Assembly: GCA_041658725.1 (NCBI GenBank)
Contig: JBAZZQ010000008.1
Span: 18,070 to 82,069, forward strand
Source of the DNA: Phycisphaerae bacterium
Lineage (GTDB): Bacteria; Planctomycetota; Phycisphaerae; JAAYCJ01
DNA: 64,000 nt
Direction: 5' to 3'
Shown here: piece after piece, positions 9,733 to 18,695 of the stretch
How positions within the stretch are numbered: the stretch's first letter is position 1
How the letters are laid out: every line of letters starts with the position of its first letter
Translations under genes and position numbers: made by a program
The notes under the pieces: generated by a model
Told to the model about the DNA's origin: nothing
Databases searched by the model: none
Seen by the model: only the letters and a program-made list of their open reading frames with translations

Positions 9733-9931
9733 AGACGCATTGCAAAAATAATTACCCGCTCCCTCACGGTCGCGGCTCGTATATAATTCGCCTCGCCCAA
9801 AAATCTTGGCACACCCCATCGCATGCGTCCTTTTTTTTCTGGGGTGTTGTAATAACAATAGAAATTTGCTATAATGCTTTTGGATGGAAAAATGGGGTTA
9901 AAAGAGCCTGGAGGCATAAAAAGGAAAGAAC

Positions 9932-10357
9932 GTGAAGGAGCATTTTCAGGGAAAGACGCAAGTGTCCGCCGTGTGGAAAGTGAGTCCGGTGGCGGATGTA
10001 ATTATAGGACCTTCCGATAAATTAACTCAAGACTCCCAGCGTCAGTTTTTGCTTTCGGTGGAAAATGCGATGGAAGGATCTTTGATTCGTTATTCCAAGC
10101 GACTGCAATTGATGGACCTGGCGGAAGAATTAAAAATCAACCGGTTTCAAGCCAATCTTTTGATCGCCCAGGTTCAACAGCGGTCGGGCGGTATTCTTCC
10201 TCTTCTGCCGAAAAATCAGGAGCATTCGGTTTTACCCAGGGTAAAAAATAAAGACGAACAAAATGCCTGGCGGGATAGAATTTTCCTGGCCGCCGCCTTG
10301 TTTATTGTTTGTGCCCTGGTGGACCTGGTGTTGGTTAAATTTTTGTTCGGGGGTTAA
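9932..10357 (+). CDS. Hypothetical protein with a single C-terminal TM helix (tail-anchored)
   Basis: ORF with a C-terminal hydrophobic stretch IFLAAALFIVCALVDLVLVKFLF. No recognised domain. Confidence 0.4.
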   Translation: MKEHFQGKTQVSAVWKVSPVADVIIGPSDKLTQDSQRQFLLSVENAMEGSLIRYSKRLQLMDLAEELKINRFQANLLIAQVQQRSGGILPLLPKNQEHSVLPRVKNKDEQNAWRDRIFLAAALFIVCALVDLVLVKFLFGG

Positions 10358-10644
10358 TCGGGTTCGATCGTGACGGTCAGGCGGCAGGAGTGGAATTGTT
10401 CCTGGTACAATTCCGCACGTTCTTTGTGGCAAACCAGCAAAACGGTCAACCCTTTCAAATGGGCCTCCATCATTTTCTCGTAGGCCTGCTCGATGGTAAG
10501 GGGGGTTAATTTGCAGATGATTTCGATCACGTAAGCCATGTCGTTGACTTTGTCGTTATGCAAAATGACCTTATAAGGCGGAGGGGTCCGCGTAACGGTT
10601 CGCGTCTGCTCAAGTACATCTGTTTTCCCCGATTCGTCCGGCAT
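10354..10644 (-). CDS. clpS: ATP-dependent Clp protease adaptor ClpS
   Basis: PPPYKVILHNDKVNDMAYVIEIICKL... matches the ClpS core (YKVILxNDDYTxMEFV). The start was chosen at the internal Met (MPDESGK), which gives 97 aa. Confidence 0.85.
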   Translation of the reverse strand: MPDESGKTDVLEQTRTVTRTPPPYKVILHNDKVNDMAYVIEIICKLTPLTIEQAYEKMMEAHLKGLTVLLVCHKERAELYQEQFHSCRLTVTIEPD

Positions 10645-10720
10645 ATTTTTAAAACCTTTAGGGTATGGAAACCCATTTCTCCTATATATAATACCTGTAG
10701 ATACCATCCGGGACAAGATT

Positions 10721-11086
10721 ATGTTAAAAACGAATCGGAATAAATTTGGACGAACAAGGCGGCTGGCCAAACAGCGGGATTTCGATCACGCATTTTGCAC
10801 CGGTCAGCGATTTAAGATGAAGGGGCTGACATTTTTAAAAGCGTCAAACGAAAGAGATCATCCCCGGCTGGGGATTTCCATAGGGAAAAGTTTCGGAAAC
10901 GCGGTGGAGCGAAACCGGATGAAACGGCGATTGCGGGAGGCTTTTCGGCTTGGGCAGGATAAATGGCCTGCGGTGGATCTGATTTGCGTACCCTATCGCC
11001 TGGCTATGGAGCTTACCGTTGGTGAATTGAAAGAATTACTGGAAAAAGTCTGTGAGCATAGCAAACCCGTTACTGAAAATAAATAA
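10721..11086 (+). CDS. rnpA: Ribonuclease P protein component
   Basis: Basic protein carrying the RNR box (VERNRMKRRLREAFR). The gene order rnpA-yidD is conserved. Confidence 0.8.
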   Translation: MLKTNRNKFGRTRRLAKQRDFDHAFCTGQRFKMKGLTFLKASNERDHPRLGISIGKSFGNAVERNRMKRRLREAFRLGQDKWPAVDLICVPYRLAMELTVGELKELLEKVCEHSKPVTENK

Positions 11087-11297
11087 AGCCATCAGTCGAT
11101 TTTTAATTCTGACCGTTCAGGGATACCAGCGTACACTAGGCCGGGTTCTTGGCGGACGATGCCGATATTTTCCCACGTGCAGCGAGTATTTTATCGGAGC
11201 GGTGGAAAAATACGGGCCGTGGCGGGGAACGCTCAAAGGTCTGTGGCGAATCCTTCGCTGCAATCCGTTCGCAAAGGGCGGTTTTGATCTTTACTAA
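11052..11297 (+). CDS. yidD: Membrane protein insertion efficiency factor YidD
   Basis: YQRTLGRVLGGRCRYFPTCSEYFIGAVEKYG matches the YidD signature (CRFxPSCSxY). It overlaps the rnpA stop. Confidence 0.85.
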   Translation: MSIANPLLKINKAISRFLILTVQGYQRTLGRVLGGRCRYFPTCSEYFIGAVEKYGPWRGTLKGLWRILRCNPFAKGGFDLY

Positions 11298-11339
11298 TAT
11301 GACAGCGTTGCACAATAATGACTTTTACAGGAAAACAAA

Positions 11340-11927
11340 ATGACCAATGAAATGATTTTACCGCAACTGGTAATGCGGCGGGCTCATTTGCGGGATTTAC
11401 CCGCAATCAAGCTGCCCGAAGGGTATTCCTTGCGCTGCTTCCAGCCTGGGGATGAAGCCGCCTGGGAAAAAATCATAGGAGAGACCTTCAGTGCGACGAG
11501 TTACGTGTTTGACAAAGTGATGAAGGCAGCACCCGCATTTTATCCGGAACGGGTGTTCTTTATCACGCACGCCGATGCCCCGGTGGCCACGGCGTCGGCG
11601 TGGCTGGAGAACCGGTTCGGCCCGATTATCGGGTACCTGCACATGGTCGGCGTTCGACCGGGCCACCAGGGCAAGCAATTGGGATTCTGTGTGAGTGTGG
11701 CGGCGTTGCATCGCTTTCTGGAAGAAGGGCGGGCCGAGGCGGTGCTTCAGACCGATGATTTTCGAGAGGCCGCCCTGAAGACGTACCTGCGGATGGGATT
11801 TGAACCCCTGCTCGTAAACGCAAACCAGCGGTCCCGCTGGCGAAATATTTTTGCTAAATTATCCCGAAGCGACCTGGCCGACAAGTTTGCCCCTATCCTT
11901 GACGGGCCTGTGACGAAAGTAGAGTAA
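11340..11927 (+). CDS. GNAT family N-acetyltransferase
   Basis: Acetyl-CoA binding motif around HMVGVRPGHQGKQLGFCV, with a C-terminal YLRMGFEP. It occupies the position usually held by yidC downstream of yidD. Confidence 0.65.
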   Translation: MTNEMILPQLVMRRAHLRDLPAIKLPEGYSLRCFQPGDEAAWEKIIGETFSATSYVFDKVMKAAPAFYPERVFFITHADAPVATASAWLENRFGPIIGYLHMVGVRPGHQGKQLGFCVSVAALHRFLEEGRAEAVLQTDDFREAALKTYLRMGFEPLLVNANQRSRWRNIFAKLSRSDLADKFAPILDGPVTKVE

Positions 11928-12031
11928 TAATAAACCAGTTTGTCTTATAAGCACATTTGATTAATATGGGCCTTTTGTAAAACTTCGGGGAAAATAGCTG
12001 AGGTAGGGACCGCTAAAATGGGGGTGCCTCA

Positions 12032-12204
12032 AGTTATAATCTCAAATTGACCGATGTTGATATTGGAAACAGTATAACTCGTTGCATTCAATCGTATTAC
12101 GCTATTTGTGTCATTCCTTCGCAGGCGTGACCAGTCCTGCTGCAAGCTGCGGACTCCCGTTTTTGCGGGAGTGACAGAAAAAGCCGGTCAATTTGAGTTA
12201 TAAT
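12032..12204. repeat. MITE-like element: ~20-bp terminal inverted repeats (TTATAATCTCAAATTGACCG / CGGTCAATTTGAGTTATAA) flanking a 130-bp core with an internal GC hairpin (ACTCCCG-TTTTTG-CGGGAGT).
   Basis: The arms are reverse complements with a single indel. The internal stem-loop is followed by an A-run. Confidence 0.4.
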
Positions 12205-12751
12205 GATTTAAATGGACTTTCCGATGATGTCGAAGATATCAGCGAATGGAGAGTTTTATTGCAAGATTCTGGAAATTTTGGTATCGTCCCAAAGGTTGGG
12301 GAAACCATGTATCTGTTACTTATCAGCTATCCAGAAAGAGGATCGCGCTTGTCCGAGCCCTCAACGGTCTTTTCCATAACTTCCCAGCGGGCAAAGAGCT
12401 GGATGTCCGCCATCGACCAAAATACACTCATGGGTCGTTTCATGTTCACCTCAACGAGACTCATCTATAAGTGATTGCCAAAACAACATTTAGCAAATGA
12501 TTGACTCCAAGTGGTCTTTCTTTGCCGACAAAGCCAGTTCAACGATGGCCGCCAGCCCTGTCAAATCGCTGACACCGTTTCAGTTTGGGTAAACATCGCC
12601 GGGGATTTACCTGGGTAGCTGGCTCCTCTACAAGGGAACCTTCTGCCGATTCCCTATCCCCAGCTTTTGGGACGATAATGAAATTTTGCAATAGGCTGCT
12701 CATTTAACGAAAGCCATAAGACGGTGCAGTACCGTCAACTAGCAAAGGAGA

Positions 12752-13894
12752 ATGGCTATGAAGCGGAATTTGACCATTATCACTCTGTCGATTCTGTGGT
12801 TTTTATCATATTTTTCACCGTTGGTCTGGGCGGTTTCCGGCTCCGTTTACTCGGTGGGCAATGATACATACGGGCAATTGGGCATCAATCCCAGATTACC
12901 AGTGTCGGCGTCGATCAACGGCGTGGTGGGAATCGCCGCGAGCTACTACCACAGCCTTGCGGTCAAGGGCGACGGGACCGTATGGGCATGGGGATACAAC
13001 GGCTATGGCGAGTTGGGCGACGGGACTACGGTGGATCGCTCGACGCCGGTGCAGGTTTCGGACCTGACGGGCGTGGTGGGAATCGCAGCGGGCGGCTTCT
13101 ACAGCCTTGCGGTCAAGGGCGACGGCACGGTATGGGCATGGGGATACAACGACTCCGGCCAGTTGGGCGACGGGACTACGACGAATCGTTCGACGCCGGT
13201 GCAGGTTTCGGACCTGACGGGCGTGGTGGGAATTACCGCGGGCGGCTTCCACGGCTTGGCAGTCAAGGGCGACGGCACCGTATGGGCATGGGGACAGAAC
13301 GACTTCGGCCAGTTGGGCGACGAGACTACGACGAATCGTTCGACGCCGGTTCAGGTATCGGGCCTGACGGGCGTAGTGAGAATCGCAGCGGGCTACTACC
13401 ACAGCTTGGCGGTCAAGGGCGACGACACCGTCTGGGCATGGGGATACAATGGCTACGGACAGTTGGGCGACGGTACTACGACGGATCGTTCGACTCCGGC
13501 GCAGGTCTTGGGCCTGACGGGCGTGGTGAGAATCGCCACGGGCGGTTTCCACAGCTTGGCGGTCAAGGGCGACGACACCGTATGGTCATGGGGATACAAC
13601 GGCTACGGTCAGTTGGGCGACGGTACTACGACGGATCATTCGATGCCGGTACAGGTATCGGGTCTGACGGGCGTAGTGGGAATCGCCGCGGGCTACTATC
13701 ACGGTCTAGCCATTAAAATTCTCAGCGGCGACTGCGACGACGACGGCAACGTGACGGCGGCGGACCTATTGATCGTGCTCAACAGCATGGATAAATCGAC
13801 GGGCGAGGTGGATTACGACGGCCGTGCGAACCTCGACGGCGATGGATCAATTAGCTCAACCGATCTTGCCATCGTGTTGGATAATATGGAATAG
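12752..13894 (+). CDS. Secreted RCC1-repeat (beta-propeller) protein with a C-terminal type-I dockerin module
   Basis: Signal peptide. Seven ~50-aa RCC1/ATS1 repeats (VWAWGYNGYGQLGDGTT...). The C-terminal DCDDDGNVTAADLLIVLN...DLDGDGSISSTDLAIVLDNM has two dockerin Ca-binding repeats. Confidence 0.8.
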   Translation: MAMKRNLTIITLSILWFLSYFSPLVWAVSGSVYSVGNDTYGQLGINPRLPVSASINGVVGIAASYYHSLAVKGDGTVWAWGYNGYGELGDGTTVDRSTPVQVSDLTGVVGIAAGGFYSLAVKGDGTVWAWGYNDSGQLGDGTTTNRSTPVQVSDLTGVVGITAGGFHGLAVKGDGTVWAWGQNDFGQLGDETTTNRSTPVQVSGLTGVVRIAAGYYHSLAVKGDDTVWAWGYNGYGQLGDGTTTDRSTPAQVLGLTGVVRIATGGFHSLAVKGDDTVWSWGYNGYGQLGDGTTTDHSMPVQVSGLTGVVGIAAGYYHGLAIKILSGDCDDDGNVTAADLLIVLNSMDKSTGEVDYDGRANLDGDGSISSTDLAIVLDNME

Positions 13895-14030
13895 GATAAA
13901 TTCCTGAAACACCTTACATAAAATTTTTCTTCCCCCCCTGAACGGCTACAAATTTTGTTGAAATTATGCAGCCAGATGATTATAATGTTCAGATATATGA
14001 ACGAAATGATCTTTTTGGGTTGTATAACAG

Positions 14031-14786
14031 ATGCGGATTCGTGAGCAGTTAATATTAGCGGAATTACGAAATAAGGGCCGTGTTTCGGTTGAAGACTTGG
14101 CAGGACAGTGCGACTGTTCGGAAGTAACGATTCGCCGGGCACTTCACAAGCTACAAGAAAAAGGTCAGATTGTACGAACATCCGGGGGAGCGATTGCGGT
14201 CGATCACGTTGGTGTGGAAGTTGCTTTTCCGGAACGACTTACGATCAATGCGGACCATAAGCAGCGGATTGCCCATGCGGCGGCCAATATCGTGCAGGAT
14301 AATTCCGTTGTCATGCTGGATAATGGGTCAAGCGTTTATCTGATGGCCGATTTTTTGAATTCCAAGAGCAATTTGACGATTATTACATCCTTTTTGCCCC
14401 TTGTAAATAAATTATCTTCGAAATCGGACTGGCGGATTATCGTAGCGGGCGGCGAACTAAGATCATCGCGATCAGACCTGGTCGGGTCATTAACCGAGGA
14501 ATTCATTTCGCGTTTATATGCAGATTATGTATTTTTAGGGGCTGATGGATTGGATGTCGAGATGGGGATTTCCACGGTCGATGTGGAGACGGCAAGGTTG
14601 ACAAAGGTATTGGCCAAATCGGCGGCCAAGAAAATTCTGCTGGCCGATAGTTCGAAGCTGTCTCGTCGGGCCACCTTTTCCGCGATCGGGTGGACTAGCG
14701 TTGACCGGTGGATAACCGATGCGGGAGTCGATGAGGATCATTTGAAGAAAATTCGCAACCAGGGGGTTACGGTTGATATCGTTTAA
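14031..14786 (+). CDS. DeoR/GlpR family transcriptional regulator
   Basis: N-terminal HTH (RVSVEDLAGQCDCSEVTIRRAL) and a C-terminal DeoR sugar-binding domain. Confidence 0.85.
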   Translation: MRIREQLILAELRNKGRVSVEDLAGQCDCSEVTIRRALHKLQEKGQIVRTSGGAIAVDHVGVEVAFPERLTINADHKQRIAHAAANIVQDNSVVMLDNGSSVYLMADFLNSKSNLTIITSFLPLVNKLSSKSDWRIIVAGGELRSSRSDLVGSLTEEFISRLYADYVFLGADGLDVEMGISTVDVETARLTKVLAKSAAKKILLADSSKLSRRATFSAIGWTSVDRWITDAGVDEDHLKKIRNQGVTVDIV

Positions 14787-14810
14787 TATATTTTTTGGAG
14801 ATTTTTTATT

Positions 14811-16178
14811 ATGAAGGGAACTTATGATCCGAAGCCTTATGACTTGGATTTAACTCGGTGGCCGTCAATTGTCGTTCCTCCGCCTGGACCCAGGAGTAAG
14901 GCGATGCATGACGCGACGTCGAAGATTATGAAAGGTTTATCGGGGCAGGTGAAACTGTTCCCGGTGGTGTTTTCGGAAGGCAAAGGCTGCACGCTGACGG
15001 ATATCGACGGGAATCGGTATATTGATTTTTCCAGCGGAATTTATGTGACCACGTTGGGACATTGCCACCCGAAGATTTCCGAGGCCGTGGCACATTGGGC
15101 GCATACCCTTATGAATGCCCATGATTTTACCACTCCTGTCAAACACGCGTTGCTGGAGAAATTGCTGGCGGTCTTGCCTGGAGATTACGGTGGGGTGCAA
15201 TTATATGATTCGGGAACCACGGCGGTGGAGGCCGCCATTCGAACGGCGCGGGCGGCTACGGGCAAGCCTGAATTTCTTTCCTGTTTTGGCGATTTCCACG
15301 GTAAAAGCGGTTGTTCAGCCTCATTGGCGAGGATGAATAAAATCTATGGTCCGACCCGGATGCCTGGGTTTTACATGCTGCCTCGTCCTGATCCTTACCG
15401 TCCGTGGTGGACACGGCCCGATGGATCACTGGATACGGAAAAGTATCTGGAGTTTTACGATACGTTTATTCTGGAAGGGACGACGAATCAGATCGCGGGG
15501 ATTGTCCTGGAACCCATCCAGGGGTGGGCGGGAAGTATCATGCCGCCGGATGATTTTTTCCCGAAACTTCGTCATTGGTGCACTGATCGAAAAATTCTCC
15601 TGGTCGATGACGAGGTGCTGTGCAGCATGGGTCGAACCGGATATTGGCTGACGGCGGAACATTGGAAGGTGACGCCGGACATTGTGACGCTTGGCAAGGG
15701 TTTTGGAAACGGTTTTCCGGTAACGGCCATGGTTGTTCGGAAGGAATACGCGGAGGCAGTGGATAAAATTTCCGCCTCGACCAGCTATGGTGGAAATCCG
15801 ATGGCCTGCGCGGCGGCGTTGGCGAGTATCGAAGTGATCGAGGAAGAAGGGTTGCTGGAACATGCCAAAGAACTGGAAAAATCATTTAAGAAGAAATTAA
15901 AAACGATGAAGGAAAACCACCCCATTGTCGGTGATGTTCGATGCCTGGGCTGCCTGATGGGAGTGGAACTGGTCAAAGACCGCGGCACAAAGGAACCCTT
16001 CGATGACGCCGGCAAGCGGGTCTACCAGCGTGCGTTTTCGAAAGGTCTGGCGTGGATTCCGGCGGGGCATATTTTGCGGATGAGTCCTCCCATCGTTATG
16101 CCGGAAGACGTCGCGGCCAAGGCGATGGATATTATCGACGAATCAATCGGTGAGGTAGAAAAAGAGCTTGGATACTGA
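14811..16178 (+). CDS. Class-III PLP-dependent aminotransferase (AT-III family)
   Basis: 455 aa with the AT-III fold. The PLP lysine lies in the LGKGFGNGFP region. The DxxxT...TLGK architecture is typical of GabT/ArgD-like enzymes. Confidence 0.8.
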   Translation: MKGTYDPKPYDLDLTRWPSIVVPPPGPRSKAMHDATSKIMKGLSGQVKLFPVVFSEGKGCTLTDIDGNRYIDFSSGIYVTTLGHCHPKISEAVAHWAHTLMNAHDFTTPVKHALLEKLLAVLPGDYGGVQLYDSGTTAVEAAIRTARAATGKPEFLSCFGDFHGKSGCSASLARMNKIYGPTRMPGFYMLPRPDPYRPWWTRPDGSLDTEKYLEFYDTFILEGTTNQIAGIVLEPIQGWAGSIMPPDDFFPKLRHWCTDRKILLVDDEVLCSMGRTGYWLTAEHWKVTPDIVTLGKGFGNGFPVTAMVVRKEYAEAVDKISASTSYGGNPMACAAALASIEVIEEEGLLEHAKELEKSFKKKLKTMKENHPIVGDVRCLGCLMGVELVKDRGTKEPFDDAGKRVYQRAFSKGLAWIPAGHILRMSPPIVMPEDVAAKAMDIIDESIGEVEKELGY

Positions 16179-16181
16179 AAA

Positions 16182-17324
16182 ATGAAAACAATTTCCTTCG
16201 GAATAATCGGTTGTGGTCTGATGGGCCGGGAATTTGCCAGCCTGACGGCAAGATGGTGTCATCTTCTCGATGTGGATTTTCAGCCGCGGATCGCGGCGAT
16301 CTGCGATACCAATGAGTCGCTGTTTGGCTGGTACAAAAACCATTTCCCGTCGATCGAACAATTCACGACGAATTATCGGGACCTGCTGGCCAATCCCCGG
16401 ATAGAAGCGATTTATTGCGCCATTCCTCATCATCTGCACCAACAGGTGTACTGCGACATCGTCCGGGCAGGAAAACATTTGATGGGGGAAAAACCGTTTG
16501 GGATCGACAAACCAGCCAACGACGCGATTTTGTCCTGCCTGAAGGAACATCCGAACGTTTTTGTTCGCTGCAGTTCGGAATTTCCATTTTATCCCGCTGC
16601 CCAGAAAATCTGCGATATGATCGAGAACAAAGCCTTCGGCAAAATCATCGAGGTCAACAGCGGTTATCTTCACTCCAGCGACCTGGACCCGAACAAACCC
16701 ATCAACTGGAAACGGATGGTCGAATTCAACGGTGAATACGGCTGCATGGGCGATTTGGGGATGCACGCCTGTCATATCCCTTTTAAAGCGGGTTGGAAAC
16801 CGGTCAACGTGCGCGCCCTGCTGGCCAAAATCATTACGGAGCGTCCCGATGGAAAAGGGGGGCAGGCTGCCTGCAAAACGTGGGACAACGCCACCCTGTG
16901 TTGCGAGGCCCGTGATCCCGACCGGGGTGAGCTATTTCCGATGATCCTCAAGACCCATCGGATCGATCCTGGCCAGAAGAACACATGGTACATTGAAATC
17001 AAGGGCACGAAGGTTTCGATGCGATTCAGCACCAAATTGCCCAAAACGCTTTTTTGGATGGACTACCAGGGCGGAGAACAAATCTGGCAGCAGATCGACA
17101 TGGGAAACGACACCGCTTTTAAAACCATCACCGGGGGTATTTTTGAAATCGCGTTTTCCGACGTGATCTTCCAGATGTGGGCCGCTTTTTTGTACGAATA
17201 CGTGCATGGAAAACCCCTTAAAAGATTTGCCGCTTGCGTGACTCCTCAGGAAACCGCCTGGACCCATGAGCTGTTTACCGCGGCCTTGGCCTCGCAGCGC
17301 GAAACAAAAACCGTTGAGATTTAA
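16182..17324 (+). CDS. Gfo/Idh/MocA family NAD(P)-dependent oxidoreductase
   Basis: N-terminal Rossmann ISFGIIGCGLMGREFA and a C-terminal alpha/beta domain. Confidence 0.8.
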   Translation: MKTISFGIIGCGLMGREFASLTARWCHLLDVDFQPRIAAICDTNESLFGWYKNHFPSIEQFTTNYRDLLANPRIEAIYCAIPHHLHQQVYCDIVRAGKHLMGEKPFGIDKPANDAILSCLKEHPNVFVRCSSEFPFYPAAQKICDMIENKAFGKIIEVNSGYLHSSDLDPNKPINWKRMVEFNGEYGCMGDLGMHACHIPFKAGWKPVNVRALLAKIITERPDGKGGQAACKTWDNATLCCEARDPDRGELFPMILKTHRIDPGQKNTWYIEIKGTKVSMRFSTKLPKTLFWMDYQGGEQIWQQIDMGNDTAFKTITGGIFEIAFSDVIFQMWAAFLYEYVHGKPLKRFAACVTPQETAWTHELFTAALASQRETKTVEI

Positions 17325-17327
17325 AAT

Positions 17328-18695
17328 ATGTTATTTTGTGGAATTGACATAGGCACATCGAACACCAAGGCGGTTGTCATTGACGCCGAGGGTGAGCTTC
17401 GCGGCCGTATCACTATTCCTCTCGGAGTGGAAAGTCGCAAGGACGAATTTCCTGCCGCCGTGTGGGTAGATCATTTTCAAAAGGCCTTGAACTTTCTGGC
17501 GTCTCAGAGTCGTTCAGACGATCAATCTTTGTGCGTTGGGATTACAGCACAGGGTGGCAGCATGGTTCTTCTGGATGAAGAGTATCAACCCATTTCCACG
17601 GCCATGTCGTGGACGAAATTGGCATCCGATACTATCCTCCGGGAACTCAGGGGAGCAGTTTCGTTTGGGGATTTTTATGAGAAAACCGGGTGGCTGCCCG
17701 ATGGGTGGATGGGGGTATGCAAAGTCATGGAATTATTACGCAATAACCCTAAGCTCAAACAAAAATTAAAATATATCGCCTCGGTCCCTGACTTCGTTGG
17801 GGCCCAGGTATTCGGAACCTTTGTTACGGATGTCACACAGGCCCAAATCACCGGGTTTTATGATTTTACCCAAATGGACTGGATATCTGAAATTCTGAAC
17901 CGAATGGGACTGACCGGTGAGAACTTTGCCGAGGTAAAATCCGCCACGGAAATTCTGCGTGAAAATTTTTCCCTTTATTCCTCTCGGATAACTCTGATGA
18001 GCAGTTCACACGATCAATACGCCGTCATGCGCGCCTGTGGTCTGAATGACGATGGTTTTATGCTGGCAACAGGTAGTGCCTGGGTTGTCAACGGAAAATC
18101 GAAGCGTCCGTTGTATGACGGCGATTGTATGATTCATCCCGGCCGTGATTTGGAGGGTGGATTCGGGTACATTATATCATTTGAGGCCATAGGCAAGCAT
18201 TTTGATGAATTGTTAATCCATTTGGATGTGGATTATGATCTTTTGGCGGCAATGGCGGAGGATATTCAAAAGATAGAGATTCCGGATCAGCCCATTGATA
18301 CAACAACAATAAATTCATGCTCCGCCAAACCCGAAGCGATTCGGCGGTTTATGGAGGCGACCGTGGCTCGGGTACGCTTTGTTCTTGAAAAGAAACAATT
18401 ACTTGCGGGCATAAAAAAACTGCTTATGACCGGAGGATCCGTGGGAAATAATCTTTGGCCACAATTTCTGGCTGATATTTTGAATATCCCCGTGGATGCC
18501 GTCCGGTTCAATGAATTGACGGCCTATGGCGCCGCCCTTTTTTCCAGAACCGGGATGACCGGAGTGACCCCGCCCCACCGCTGGCCGATGGGAATAGCCG
18601 TTACGTTGTACGAGCCTCGGACTGCACGAAAATATGATGACTGGTTTTATGGCAAACAAGTTCCGTTGTTGGAATGGGGAGTTAACCGTGACTGA
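17328..18695 (+). CDS. FGGY-family carbohydrate kinase
   Basis: N-terminal GIDIGTSNTKAVV phosphate-1 motif. The C-terminal GGSVGNNLWPQFLADILNIPV...ELTAYGAAL is the FGGY C-domain signature. Confidence 0.65.
   Translation: MLFCGIDIGTSNTKAVVIDAEGELRGRITIPLGVESRKDEFPAAVWVDHFQKALNFLASQSRSDDQSLCVGITAQGGSMVLLDEEYQPISTAMSWTKLASDTILRELRGAVSFGDFYEKTGWLPDGWMGVCKVMELLRNNPKLKQKLKYIASVPDFVGAQVFGTFVTDVTQAQITGFYDFTQMDWISEILNRMGLTGENFAEVKSATEILRENFSLYSSRITLMSSSHDQYAVMRACGLNDDGFMLATGSAWVVNGKSKRPLYDGDCMIHPGRDLEGGFGYIISFEAIGKHFDELLIHLDVDYDLLAAMAEDIQKIEIPDQPIDTTTINSCSAKPEAIRRFMEATVARVRFVLEKKQLLAGIKKLLMTGGSVGNNLWPQFLADILNIPVDAVRFNELTAYGAALFSRTGMTGVTPPHRWPMGIAVTLYEPRTARKYDDWFYGKQVPLLEWGVNRD

Noticed and set aside
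12193-12474. 93-aa and 74-aa ORFs in the gap before the RCC1 gene
   Set aside because: No RBS, odd composition, no homology recognised, and they overlap the MITE-like element. They are probably non-coding. A 46-aa reverse-strand ORF here is likewise unsupported.
12896-13716. Long alternative-frame ORFs (12982..13716 + strand, 244 aa; 12896..13552 - strand, 218 aa) inside the RCC1 gene
   Set aside because: They are Gly/Arg-rich, low-complexity translations of the 150-bp tandem repeats. Frame +1 (12752..13894) gives a clean RCC1 repeat protein with signal peptide and dockerin.
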